From positions 1,186,882-1,250,881 of the forward strand of contig MU004192.1 in NCBI GenBank assembly GCA_010093605.1: DNA of 64,000 nt, read 5' to 3'. Below the pieces are notes generated by a model. It did not search any database. It saw only the letters and a program-made list of their open reading frames with translations, and was not told where the DNA came from. This stretch comes from Lophium mytilinum. Lineage: Eukaryota. The translations under genes were made by a program, and so were the position numbers. Below, piece after piece: positions 37,846 through 50,783 of the stretch (its first letter is position 1; every line of letters starts with the position of its first letter).

Positions 37846-38210
37846 AAAAACTCTAGTACTTAAATCTAGAGGTTTCTAAAATACTTATAAAAGAGCCTTT
37901 AAATTAGAATACTAAAAACTCTACCCCTAAATTAGAAGCCTACTAAAGCGCTTATAATAATAGCTTTAGATTAAGACTCTAAAAACTCTACCTCTAAATT
38001 AGAAGCCTACTAAAGCGCTCGCAATAATAGCTTTAAATTAGAATACTAAAAACTCTACCCCTAAAATCTAAATGCTGCTAAACTACTTATAAAAGAGCCT
38101 TTAAATTAAAATACTAAAAACTCTATCCCTAAAATCTAAACGCTACTAAACCGCTTATAAAAAAGCCTTTAAATTAGAATACTAAAAACTCTACTTCTAA
38201 AATCTAAGAG
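37846..38210. repeat. Tandem array of 67-68-bp units between the two divergent transposon genes
   Basis: AAAAACTCTA recurs at 37846, 37914, 37981, 38048, 38116 and 38184. Confidence 0.9.
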
Positions 38211-39229
38211 AAGTAGTATAAGTCTTTAAAACTACTATTATAAACCCTTAATATACCTATTATAAAGATCTAAGAGGGCTATTATAAGTTTTTAAAACTA
38301 CTACTATAAGTATTTAAAAAACTATTATAAAAGAAATACTTAGAGTAGCTATATAATATCTAGCTTATATAGACTAGAGTATAGATATATATTATATAAG
38401 ATATAGAGCGCTAAGCTAGCTAGCGTAATACTAAGTAAGCTTATTAGATTACTCTAGAGCGCTTAATATAGGGTAGTTAGATTGCGCTAATATAGATTAA
38501 GTAGCGCGCAATTACGCTAAAGTAGATTAAGTAGCGTGTAATTATAGATTTAGAGATATAGAGCTACGTAGATCTAATTAGGTATAAGAGTAGAGCTACT
38601 TAATTATAGAGTATAGGTAAATAGGTCTAAGTAGTTTAATTATATATATATAGAGGTATATCTAGTCTATAAATATATATATAGGGGTTTACTTAGTCTA
38701 TAAATATATAGATTAGGGTCTATACTATACCTACTTAGAAAGATTAGAGTCTAGAATATATAGGTCTATAGAGATAGAGGTTAGCCTATACTAAATAGAT
38801 ATAAATAAGGGTCTTAATTATATAACGCTATACTATATAATTCTATCTTATATAATACTATAATATTAGCTAATAATTTCTCTCTTATAACTTAAACTAT
38901 CTATACTATCTATAGTATATTATTTCTATAGTATTTTAAGACTATATAACTATTTTAATGCGCTAGTATTAAATATACTACTATAATATATAGTATATAT
39001 TATATAATACCGCGCTAGATATAAATCTAGGCTCTAAAAATTATATTTATCTAAAAATTATATTTACCCTACTACTATTTCTTAACCCTCTTTAGCCTAC
39101 TACTATCTTTCTTTTATTACCTTACTACGCGTTATTATATACTCTATCTAGTTTCTACTTAGTTATAACTAATTTATATACTAAGTAAGTTTTAATAGTA
39201 TAATATATAAGGTATTTTACTAATATTTA

Positions 39230-40600
39230 CTCTATAGATAGACCTAACTAATTTTTACTACCTAACCTCTACCTCTAGTTGTAAGGTTAATTATTTTATA
39301 GGCCTTAATTATTTATTTATAAATATACTTAATAGAGCTAGTAATATTAACTCTATACCTACCTCTACCCCTACTAGGCGCTAGAAGCGCAAGCATATTA
39401 TAGAAGACGAGAACAACATAGGTAATAATTATAATAGCGGCGCCGCTAAAAAGAGTACTTAGAAGAGTGCTAAGGTTATTAAAGGCTTAAGCTTAAGTTT
39501 AGACTTAGACTTAGATCTAGAAGAGGTGCAGGTATAGAATACTAAGCTCCCTAATAAGACGCCTATAATAAAGAAGCTATACACTAAATTAAAACTTAGT
39601 AATAATATATTTAAAGCTTATATACTAGAAGACTTAACTACTATACCTAAGAACCTTATAAAGATATTTATTATTCTAGCTTCTACTCTACTTCTATACT
39701 AACCTAAAGGCTATAGACTAGAAGTACTAAGATAAAGTATACCTACTATAAGATAGACCTCTATAATTATATATCTTAGATTAACTCTAGACTAAAGGTA
39801 CTTAAGCGTACTACTTAATTTATATTTCTAGTAACTCTAGATTATAAGATTTACCTTAACCTAATACCTATATTCTTTAAGGACTTTAAGAATAATATAG
39901 TAAATGCGTAGGTCTTTATTAAGGTAAAGAATTAAGTACTCTAGAACTATAGTACTTAGAAGAGTAAAACTATTAGAGTAATAAAGGTAAGTCTATTCTA
40001 CTACTCTTTTTATAGTATTTAGCTAACTAAGTAGGCTTATATAGAGAAAGTATTAGTAGTAGATATAGAGAGTAGCGGCCTAATTTAGTCTACTATAGAC
40101 CGCGGTACCCTTATGCAGGTATTTAAGAAGAACTACTAAGTTATAAACTTTACTATAGTTTTTAACTTTACTAAAAGTTATATTAATATAGCCGCCTTAT
40201 ATACTAAAGCTAAATAGTACTATAAATATAAGCTCTCTAAAACCTATATCTAGACTATATCTTACTAGTCTTAGTAGTTTTTATTAATCTAGCTATCTAT
40301 ATTAAATGCTATTTTAACTTTAAGTAAAATCTAGCCTCTCTTACTTTAAGTTAATTTATATATAGCATGCTATTATTAACCTTTAATACTCTAGTATAAT
40401 ATAAGAAGATTAAGAAAGCTAAGATTAAGCTGGTATATTTTATAATAGTGCCGATATTGCTACCCCGGGTTAAGAATACTACCGCCGCTAAAAACGCCAT
40501 GCATCCCGATAACAATCCTCTCTTTTTTACCCCTGCTTGCCCTAAAGATACAGATAATAAAGAGTAGAAGATACTAACTAGTAGAGTCTACCCCCCTTAG
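39230..40600 (+). pseudogene. RIP-mutated second transposon gene (accessory ORF, ends approximate)
   Basis: Surviving codons give RR(Q)KRKH, EDENN and SGAAKK, followed by an acidic (SD)n-PEE tract. An intact intron GTAAGT...GCTAAC...TAG lies at 39987-40034. Confidence 0.6.
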
Positions 40601-43164
40601 CCTATACTAGTGTCTCTATCTTCTCTTAGTAGTTTTATAAGACTAATAAGTAAGTATTCTTTCTTTTTAAGTCTATCTACTATATAACTTTATATACTAG
40701 AATCTCTATATAAGTATATATCTATATAGGGGTACCTAGGTAGAAGACTAGCGGCTTTTAAGACTCTACCTAAGGCTTTAATATATTTTTAGTTTATAAT
40801 TTCTTTTTTTCTTTAGCTATTAAAAAAATAGCTTATAGTAGTTATAGCTAGCGGCTAGTATATATTATATTTCTATAATATCTATAGCTTGCGCTAAACC
40901 TTTATAATATAATATTTCTATTAGATTTAGATTCTAATACTACTAATAGTAAACTTTCTAGATAGTATTAAATACTAGTAATATCTTCTAGTTAAAAATT
41001 AAATACTACGCAGTTACTTCTTATATATAACTCTATAAGTAAGCTTTCTTTAAGTATTCTAGAGTTAGTAATATTCTATATATTATTCTATAGCATTACT
41101 ATAGATATATATAGGTTTTACAATTAATATTATAGAACTTCTACTACCTAGATACCTATCTTCTACTATTATTTTTAGATATTTTATAAGGTATACGCAT
41201 ACTAACTATAACTCTATAGACTATAATATTATCTCTATATATAACTTACGCGGGAGTATAGGTATATTATTTTATACTAAATATATTTTAGATAGTAAGC
41301 CTATTAAAGTCTAAGAGTATTTTATATTATATATTATACTAAAGAAAAATATGCTCTTTTAAATATACTACTAGTAGACTATTACTATAGTATTTAATTA
41401 AATATTATAATATATTAAAATCCTTTTAATAGAACTTTCTATTTCTAAAACTTCTTATTTTTAATATACGTGCTAATAAGAAAGCATTTTATATAAACGC
41501 GTTAACGCTATTATATAGATATAGCGTATATTATTTCCATTTAAATATGTGTTCTATAAATATAATATTACACTTAATATAATTTCTTAGCGGCACATTA
41601 TATCACCCTAACAACACTTGTTTTGCACAAAACGCCACTGAAATCATTTAGTCATCACAGCATTTCATCCCCAAAACGGTGTCCATTTCCAACAGGATAT
41701 TGATACAACAGGCTGGAGTAAGGATGCTCGGCAGGACACGCATGTCAACATCATTCGAACATCGTGCTAGCATGATCTTCACGGCACCACGTTATCAACA
41801 TCATATTCGCGTATAGGCTTAGCGCGGTAAGGTAGCCTCCTGAATGACCCCGTAGCTATTGCCTCCATTGCGTCCCATCGCATCCGCTCAAAATCCTTGG
41901 CTTCGACCAGATAGATACTGGGCGCTGATGACGAGGGCTGTTAATTTGTTCTGGTACGAAGACGTCGGAACAGTTGACGTTGAGTGAAGACGTCGGCTGA
42001 AGACGTTGAAGCCAAGATAGCCACCATCGCGACGGAGTGGAATGGCGTTGCGCCACAAGCCTCCACCTGCACCGTGGAACCTTCTACCCGGGCCAGCCAC
42101 GCACCGGAAAGCCTTTGAGCCGCGAACAATAAACTCGATCCTCATTCCCAAAAGCAACTATCCTTTTCCATCCTCTCTTCTTCCGGCCACTGATCTGTCC
42201 CAGCGCTGACATCATGCAAAGTTTTCCTCTAGTTCTACTCAAGCAAACAACAACAAAGTCATTGACCAGTTATATTCTATTGAATTTGTTCAATGCAACC
42301 CAAACCTAATTTCAAATGGAAACAAATCTCGTTTACTATCCCCTCTCCCATCTCACCACCTCCCTGCCATCGGCATCTCATCACCCTCCCAGCTCCTCAC
42401 ATTCTTCAACGCCCTGCCCTCCCTCTCTCCCTTCTATCCCCCAGTCTGTCAATCACGTTCCCACATTCCAACCAACCCAAGACCTCCCCTATCGTCAGAT
42501 CCCCTCGCTATCCACGCCCCCTCTCTAGCTCAAACCGCAAACCAGCTTCTTCCACCAGCCGAGAGGTTATCTCAACACCTACCCATTAGCGCAGGACTCT
42601 CGCCCCGACTTGTCGAGACCTACTGCACAAACCAGCCCCGATTCCTCGTTTTGATAGACCACCAATTCTCAACTCGAAGACAGTTAGCATGGTATACAGA
42701 GAGAAGCTAGGCCCACGGATCTAGACTCCTCCGGCTTCTATTTCCGCGACTTCGAAAAACCAGCAACCGTCTCTGACAACAAACCATCAGATCTAGTAGA
42801 ACCGTTCAGTACCCACCTCTAGAAGCCGCGATGGCACGTAACAAAGTACACGGCACTTCCCTTACATCCTAATCCTCACGCTCAGGATTTCAAGCAGAGT
42901 TGTAAAGCGACAAGGTAGAAACTCAAGACGTCCTGCATAGTTGTTTGCCGATGCGGTAGAAAGCGTAACGAGCTATAGAATATAGATAAGATGATTGAAC
43001 TAACGTAAAGGCACCAACGGTAGTATGTGGAGACCGACTCAATTCCACAGCGACTTACTCCCCCTTACGCTTCTCACGGGCATCGAACTCAACCTAATTC
43101 CTTTGGTCTAATCTAGGGTCTTAGGCAATAACATGCTGAACATGTTCCAAATTACGGGCTACGT

Positions 43165-43490
43165 CAAAAGTATGCCCAAATCGAGTTCTAATCGCACGGA
43201 CTGGCTCCACTTCGTACATCTCACCACGCCCAAATCTACCCCAAATCCACAGCCTGACATAGGCCGTCCTCCAATAGTATGCCCCAATCAACATCAAATC
43301 ACAGGGACTGGCCCCACTTTATACATCTCACCACACCGAAATTCACCCCAAGTCCATGATCCGATATGAAGCGTTCTCCCAAAACATGCCAAAATCAACT
43401 TCAAATCACACCGACTGGCTCCACTTTATACATCTCAACACCGCTAGATGTACCCGCAATCTGGGGTCTGATATGGACTGTCCAGCAATG
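43165..43490. repeat. Three 107-bp tandem units
   Basis: GACTGGCYCCACTT..TACATCTCA at 43199, 43306 and 43413. Confidence 0.85.
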
Positions 43491-44146
43491 ACCATGTCTG
43501 AATGTTTGAACTCGGAATGGCGGAGATATTAGAAGATGTGGTATGCAAAGTATTGGATTTCTCGCCTCTGTAGAGGGAGGCGTGGTGGTATCGACAACTC
43601 TAACTGCCTATGATATCCCCTCATCACGTCTTCTCAGATCCCCTTTTTCTGTCTGTCCATCCTACACTCCCCCTTCTCCTCCCCACCCCGATGTGAACGC
43701 GCCACCCAAATGCCACCGACCAACGCCAGACCCATCACGCCCCAGACCCAAGAAAAGCAAGATGCCAAGATGCCTCTACCATACAGACCACTCCTGCCGT
43801 TCCAAATGTCTGTGAAACCCAGAACGCCGCTGATATGCAACACGAAAAAGTAGAGAAAGCAGGCTAGCTAGCGCTCAAAAATGCCGCTTGGTAGGAGTAC
43901 GCACCTCGCCGGATGCCAGAGAAATTATGTTGACTTCGAACCCCCAAAAGTCCTCCGAAAAGAAGAAAGATGAAAAAGTCTAGGATATGCAAATCGCGGC
44001 CGTAGACGTCGTTTCGCGCGCGCGGCTTTCCGCGCTCGAGGCGGCGGTGGGTGGGGTATCGTATGTATCTTTTGTACACTTGCGCGCAAGACCACAGCCG
44101 TTGTCGGAAACCGAATGGAACGAGATGAACGGACAAGTCCACCCCA

Positions 44147-45595
44147 TCAAGGCACCTCCTTCTGATTCTGCGGCTCCTTCACCGCCGCCTTCTCCTCCTC
44201 CGTCAGCGCCACCAACTCCGCGCCCACAATCTTAAACCCCTTCGCATCCACAATATGATTCGGGCTCTGCTCAATATAATGCTCATGCATGCGCGGCACG
44301 AAGTACTGCATCACCTGATCCGACAGCGCCTTCAGCGGCAGCTGCTTATCGACCCAAAAGTGCCGCACAAACGCGCCCTTACACCCCCCGCGGCCAGCAG
44401 CCTCCGGCGCGCCATTCGCCTCCACGCACGGCAGCACCTTAATATCCTCGGGCCGGTCAAAATCATAGCGGATATGGTTCCCAAACGCCGCCTGCTCGTG
44501 CGCCCACTCGAAGCCCCAGCGCGCGCAGTCGGTATACCGCGTGTCCGACGGGCACTCGGCCCACGCCTTGTACATCTCCTGCGTGCGCGCGCTCTGCTGC
44601 GCGATGACGAAGCCCGTGTTGACGTAGCGGTTGCCGCGGGTGTCGTAGTTCTGCGCTTCGTCCGGGTCGATGGACATGGCGACGAGGTTTTCCGCCGTGA
44701 TGTTCCAGTAGTTCATCAGCCATTCGAGCGGGATGTGCGGGTAGTGGAACATGACGTCGGAGTCCATGAAGGCGACGAAGTCGTGCGTTTTGAGCGCTTC
44801 TTTCATCATGGGCACTTTTACCCATGTGCCCCAGCGGTCCGGGTAGTCGGGGGCGCGGATGAATTTGTAGTCGTAGCCGTGGATTTTGGCTGGGGACTGT
44901 TAGCTACGAGACTGGGATTTGGAGGGGAAGGGAGGTGGGAGCGTACCAAACATGTAGTGGCTCAGCATGCCGGCTGTCAGTGACCGCGCGTCATGCCACT
45001 CCATCTTGTCTTTGTTCATGATCTGCCCGGGCCCGTCCAGCGGCCGACTGTCGATATCCAATATGAGCACCCTCTTCCCCAGCGGCTTCGTGAATCGCGG
45101 CGGGCCCGGCAGCTGGTAGACGTCGCCGTCCTCGTCGGTGAAGTTGGCCGCGGTGATGGGTTGCAGCATGGGCCCGTATATCAAGCGGAGCACCTCGTCC
45201 ATGGCATTGGTAGCATTCACAGGCGCCGGCGGCGGTCTGCTCGCAAGTTAGCAGTGGTCTTTCTCGGCGCGCGCGCTGTGTCAGAAATCTCACGGTAAGG
45301 GCTCGTAGCTGGCGGAGAAGAAGGCGTTGTTCCAGGCGAAGTAGGTAAAAGCGAACATGGTGAGCCCCATGGAGCACAGCAGCAGGCGCCCATACCGCCC
45401 GTGGCTTAATTGGTGCATGTTGAAGGACATATATGAGGGTGCCGCGACGTCGCTGGCAGGGCGGTTCTTGTTCTCTCTAAGGTCGCGCTCGGGACGATCG
45501 GAGGTGAATGCTTGCTTGTCTGAAGGCGGTACTCCGGGAGTCGGGACGCTACCAAGGTACTGCGATGGCGCGCCCAGGCTTTGTGGAGGATACAA
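44147..45595 (-). CDS. Type II membrane glycosyltransferase, GT34 (GMA12/MNN10)-like
   Basis: N-terminal TM segment (LLLCSMGLTMFAFTYFAW), HGYDYKF, WVKVP, FMDSD (DxD), NTGFVIAQ and HEQAAF. 2 introns; the start may be 45427. Confidence 0.8.
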
Positions 45596-47497
45596 AGGCA
45601 GGGGATTCCGGTGTTTGTCGAGGGGTCACCGCACAAAGGAGGGCGGTGCGGGCCTTTGGATGCGTCGGTATGGGCGTTTGGGGGTTGGTAGCCAGCACAA
45701 GGGGCTCATGGGCATCTTAAGGCCACAATTTCTCGTCTTGCGGGTGAGCGAGACGGGTAAGCCCTTGCGCCTCCCTCCGCGCCGCTCACCTGCCCGCGGC
45801 GGAGCCTAAACCACACATCCAGGGCACCCATGCACAGTTGGATGTCTTTGAGGTCTCTTCACTGTGCGAGCTGTGGGATCAGTTGTTGGTTGCGTAGAGT
45901 GCAGGGTCTCGCTGGAATGCGCCGTGCCACGCGGTAGCTGGCAGCCATACATGCGGTACAGCAATCTTCCTGCTCTCATTCCACACATACTTAGGTATCG
46001 TGCATCTGCCGGTCGGTAATCTATCTCCCTGGACCCCTAGATCGCCAGATGCCGCTGACGAAACACCCGTCCAGCCAATGAACAGCTGCACGCTCAGCCA
46101 TCGAGCAGGGGCTGAACACCCAATTTTAGCATTCGGCACTCCCCCTGTTGCGATCCATGGATACGGGAATAGAAAACCGGCGCAGCTTGGCGCATTAGTA
46201 GCTAGTGCGGCGCTAAAGCTGTGTAAATCCTGCACCTCTCTCGCCTTCTCACTGCAGAGCTAGTCTGGCGCACAGCAAAGACGTCTACGTAACCTTCTTC
46301 ACGGGCGACAAAAGCTAACTTCTAGGGTAGGCAGAACCGGGAATCAGCCTTACATACGTGTTCGCTACTTAAATCTTCTTTCGTTCGAGTTTGGACAGCA
46401 CTCGCTGCACAGGGATTTGTGTTGGTCTGAGCATGAAGAACCCACTTCACACCCACGCTTGAGGCATAAGATCATTTAAGCTCACCACAGTAATGCTTAC
46501 CTAGACCGCTCAGACCCCTCATAGGGCTGTGATCTTAATAGGGCGAGTTTCAGGATCCAACCTTCGTGAAGGTGATTTTCGGAGTCCTCTATGATGCCGC
46601 CCCGGTTAGGCCGCTCCTCTCTGACCATGTGCATATATTTGCCAGGTAGCATGAACCACAAGTGCCCGCGTCCCAAATGCCAAGGTTTCACCTAGAGGCG
46701 ATGGATTGATCAGGCGCGGGCTGCGAGATTCGGCCTTCGGTCCAATCCTGTACCATCATGCCACTTAGCTCGTATCATTCCACCAGAAACCTTGCCAATG
46801 GCCCTTCTCCATACCCCGCTCTCGATTCCTCATACGGGGCGAGTACGTATGCATCTCAAAAGCAGGCACAGTCTAAGAGCGACAGCCCAAGTTCACAGTC
46901 ATGGCAAGTGACTACTTCGTACAGGCTGCAAGGTCTAAGGTGTAAGATGTAACGACGGCGGCTCGTATTACAGCGGACAGGGGCTCGGTACTCCGCGATT
47001 ACCCTACCATGTACGCTGATTGGGAGAGAGGAGAATATCCTCTGACTCCAGAACGTTGCTCTGCGTAAAAGAATGTCACGGTAGTAAGCGTTTTCGGGAG
47101 GGTGAACTCAAATCGTCTTCCAGATGGTACAGATATTCGGCGTCTTTGTGTCACCAAGCTGGTAACCATTCAGGGGAGTAGCGAGTATCTTGGGGCCGTC
47201 CTCTCCCCTGTTGAATTTCAATGTCTGGTGCCGCGTAGCCCAACGTCTCGATTGAGTGAAAGCGAAGAAGTTCGACTGGCGCCAGGACGCTACCGCGGGC
47301 ATACGTAATCCATGATACTTGAGTCTAGACGGCGTCGTTTAGCTTCCTTCGGGATCCAGTACCGCAGTGCGATCCATAGGGAAGCCATCTTTCAGAATGA
47401 CCCTCAGCTTTGTGCTCTCTTTCGCTGTACTGGGTCCCGTCATTTCATGATTGCACAACAACGACAAAAGCTTGTGTAATCCTCGAAGCCTGCAACG

Positions 47498-49646
47498 CTA
47501 CAGCAATCTCAAGAGCTCCAGATCCTTCGCTATACCCGGACTGAGCGGTGCGCAATGCTCCAGCATCTCCATCATCTCTCGCGTCCAATCTTCCCATCCT
47601 GCTGGCAACGTCTGCCTTAGCCTTTGATCAGAACAGTGCGAAACAGCATAAAATTGCAAAATCTGCCCGAAGAATTGGGAGCACCATCCGAACTTGAGAG
47701 GCTGTGAACTTCTCATCTGTCGACAGAGACCGATCGTCGCTGGCCAGTGCATTGCTGCTTTGAGGCCGTCTTGGACTACCCAGAGATCATCGTCTGTGGC
47801 TAGATTCGGGGAGTGCAGTGCTTTGTAGAGAAACGGACGGCTGGCGTGGAATTTTGCGACGAGATAACGGCCCTTCAGCATGGCTTTTGCGACTACATGA
47901 GCTGGGCTCGGTGGGCGTTCATCGTCATCATCCTCGAGGGCGAACTGTAGAGCTGGAGGAAGGTTTGTGCGCCATTGGTCCAGTTGGTGCTGGAGCTCTG
48001 ATGTGACAGCAGGAGGTGGGAAGTCCCCTTTCTCCGAATAAAAGTACAAGCTGTGCCTAATTCGAGTGAGGATGATCCGATGCGCAACCTGAGCAAGGAA
48101 ATGGAAGTTGAAAAATGAGTCGTCTTCAAGCGATGCTTGGCGTCCAGACTCCATTCGCGGTCGAGGGAAGGGCGTAAACTTCGGGATCGGTACCTCCGCC
48201 TCATAGTGCGCAAGCCCACTCAAAGGAAGATTCAGCTCTTGTATCAGTATTGTCTCATACATGAGAATGTTCCAGAACACTCTCGACTTCATGTCTCCGT
48301 CCCAGCTGTCGTAGTTCCCAAACTGGTTCCTTTTCAGTAGGGTCAAACAACACAAGGCAGCTCGATTAAACATGGTCCAGGAGTCAATGGGTCGAACGGT
48401 TTGAGTGTAGTAGACACCAGAGAGCACATAGAACTGGGCGTTCTGAAGGTCATTGTCGCACAATAGAAAGCCAGTCCTCTTGCGTGCTTCATTGAAGAAT
48501 CGTAGTCCAGGCGGGTCTTCTGCGAAGACTTCGTGCCATTCTGGACATTGGTATGAGGTGTCTGTGGATCCTTGGCCTGGCAAGCTGTAATCCCCTTCTT
48601 GGTATGCTTTGACAGCCAAGCATCCTAAGGTGAGTACATTCAAGACTAGACAAGTCTCAATATCGTATGCGAAATCGTTTTCCATGGCAATACCAAGGGT
48701 CGATGTGAAGAAGTGAAACTTGTCGAGGACAGGAGTATTACGATTGAACACTGCGAAATAAGCATCGGCAAGACCTTTGATTAAAGATAGTGGTAGCTTG
48801 CTGAGCCATCGTTCGCCAGCATCGAGTGGATACGGAACGATGCCCATCGCAAGCGGAGGGCGATGAGTTTCGAGCTCGATGAGGTAGTCGCGGCTCAGAT
48901 TTTCCGATGCTGTTAGCACACTGCGCGGAAGAAGCTTTTTGATTGCCGGCCATCGTAGAACTCGGTGCTGGCTGAAAGAAATTGGCAGTAGACGTCCAAC
49001 AAGAGAAGAGCGTCGCACTAGAGGATGCCCTTCGTCATTGGTTCCCGGGGAAAGTTCGTCCAGGTCATTGATAGTCTCGTGAGCATCATGAACCAAAAGA
49101 CTGCTACTTCGCGCTGGCACCGTTGCCGAGGAGAAAGGCTGTGATGTTACAGATTGTGGAGAGTCTTGGTCGACAATCTGAGTAATCGAAGCAGCCTTGG
49201 GAGAACTGTGTATGTAGCTAGTCAAGTCTTCGATCTTGATTTCTAATCGTCGAATCGCGTTTATGGCAACGCTCATCGATTGATCCTTCTTCGTCACTCG
49301 AGGCTCCGGATACACGCATGGCGTACTCAGCCCTCGAGATCTGCATTGGCCGCATTTTGGTCGGTCTTCATCACATCTCGTTTTTTTTATCCGACAAGTG
49401 TCACAAGCCTGCAAAAGTCCAGAATTAGAAATTGAAAATCCGCAGAGGCATACCGGAACTCACTAATGTCGCCATGAACGTCCTGGGACGTTTGAGGTCA
49501 CCCCCATCTTGACCATCCTCGCTAGCTGCCTTTCCTTGATTGCTGTCACCTTGTGATGTTGGATTTTTGTGGCTGGTTTCTGGTGCCTGTCGATCGGGAC
49601 TCCGTGACGTGGTGTCAATGGCGGACTTGTGAGAGCGCTTGGTCAT
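47498..49646 (-). CDS. Zn(II)2Cys6 transcription factor with fungal TF middle homology region
   Basis: ACDTCRIKKTRCDEDRPKCGQC.....PCVY binuclear cluster and SRVFW motif. First exon lies in ORF 49425-49646. Confidence 0.92.
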
Positions 49647-50324
49647 AGCATAGTATTAGTCGCATCCTACCGCTTGATTATGAAATGGCTGCGGTTTGCT
49701 GTAGAGTGACTCGAGACGGAAGAAAGGAACCTCGGAGAATCCGGGGAAACCTGACTAATCACCGTCCAAACTTGCCGTTAAACCCTCCACGCAGGCGGGG
49801 CCTTACACTACCTCACCTTCTACCTCGCCCTAAACGCGCCTCCAATCGACCTCGAGGAGTACGACAAACTACTTCAGAACCAAGATCATTACAGCGGAGA
49901 GCCACGTCTCAAAACCACTGAAATCCCTCGTCGGGGTTATCCTATCGATCTCTCCTGGGAAGATTGGATGCAGAGATACAATGCCAAAAGCTGGCGCGGG
50001 GGCGACATCTAGATTTATCATTCGCACACTTACAGCCGTTGTAACCCTACCTATCTAGTATACCTGTGGCATTTTGTTTACTGGATGCATCTAGAGGCTG
50101 TGACTTGATTCTATATGTATACCTAGAAAGTGTAACGGTTTAAATCACCGAGTCCAGAACATACTTTATTACGAATTTGTATATCAACTCACTACTCGGG
50201 CTTAAGGTTAGCGTAGTACCCCTTAGCCCGTTGCATTCGTCTCTATAATGTCAATCAGGTTAAAAACAATAGAAAGCTTCAAGTAATGAGAGCAGTAGCG
50301 AGATATCTCGCCCTCTAGGCTTGT

Positions 50325-50731
50325 CGTACACTAACCTAGCACCGCCCGGGGTCCTGTAGTACATTAGAAGAGATTGGAAAAATACAGTTTTAACAAGACT
50401 TAAAGCCTTGCGGGCCACCTCAAGCGGTGTTAGACTGTCCCTTTAAAGTGTGCTTAATAGAAAGTCCAGGCACCGCCTGGGGTCCTGTAATACATTATAA
50501 GAGGTCGGAAAAGAGCAGCTCTAATAAAATTACAAGCATTGCAGGCCACCCGAACGGTGTCAGACTATCCTTTGACACAGTATGTTCAGAAAGTTTGAGC
50601 GTGTGCGTATACTAGTCTAGCACCGCCTGGGGTCCTATAGTCCATCATAAGAGATCAGAAAGGACAGTTCTCACAAAATTAAAAGCATTGCGGGCCACCT
50701 CAAACGGTTTCGAACATTCCCTTTACACAGT
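50325..50731. repeat. Three degenerate 131-150-bp tandem units
   Basis: GCACCGCCYGGGGTCCT...TTGCRGGCCACC recurs at 50339, 50470 and 50620. Confidence 0.85.
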
Positions 50732-50783
50732 CAACGAATCATCCACCCCAATGTCAACATGATATCCAGGCTTCACCCAACAT

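Larger units (their letters stand above)
29224..41832. mobile_element. 12.6-kb RIP-inactivated TIR DNA transposon, CACTA/EnSpm (CMC)-like
   Basis: Left end CCTTACCGCGCCAAGCAGCTACGCGAACATGATGCT; reverse complement of right end CCTTACCGCGCTAAGCCTATACGCGAATATGATGTT (30/36 identical). TA at 29222-29223 and 41833-41834. The interior is TpA-rich and CpA/TpG-depleted and holds a fossil transposase. Confidence 0.9.

Noticed and set aside
37846..38210. CRISPR-like array
   Set aside because: Whole units are repeated with no unique spacers, the context is eukaryotic and there are no cas genes.
29290..41620. AT-rich block as centromere, NUMT or LTR retrotransposon
   Set aside because: It is bounded by TIRs and contains a DDE transposase relic. 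No LTRs, RT/integrase motifs or mitochondrial genes were seen.
29224..41832. Starship or Tc1/mariner assignment
   Set aside because: No tyrosine-recombinase captain was recognised and the element is small with TIRs. The transposase motifs are CMC-like rather than DD34E/D, despite the TA flanks.
42680..42720. U6 snRNA-like words (TTAGCATGG, TACAGAGA)
   Set aside because: The words are in the wrong order and the rest of U6 is absent; likely chance.
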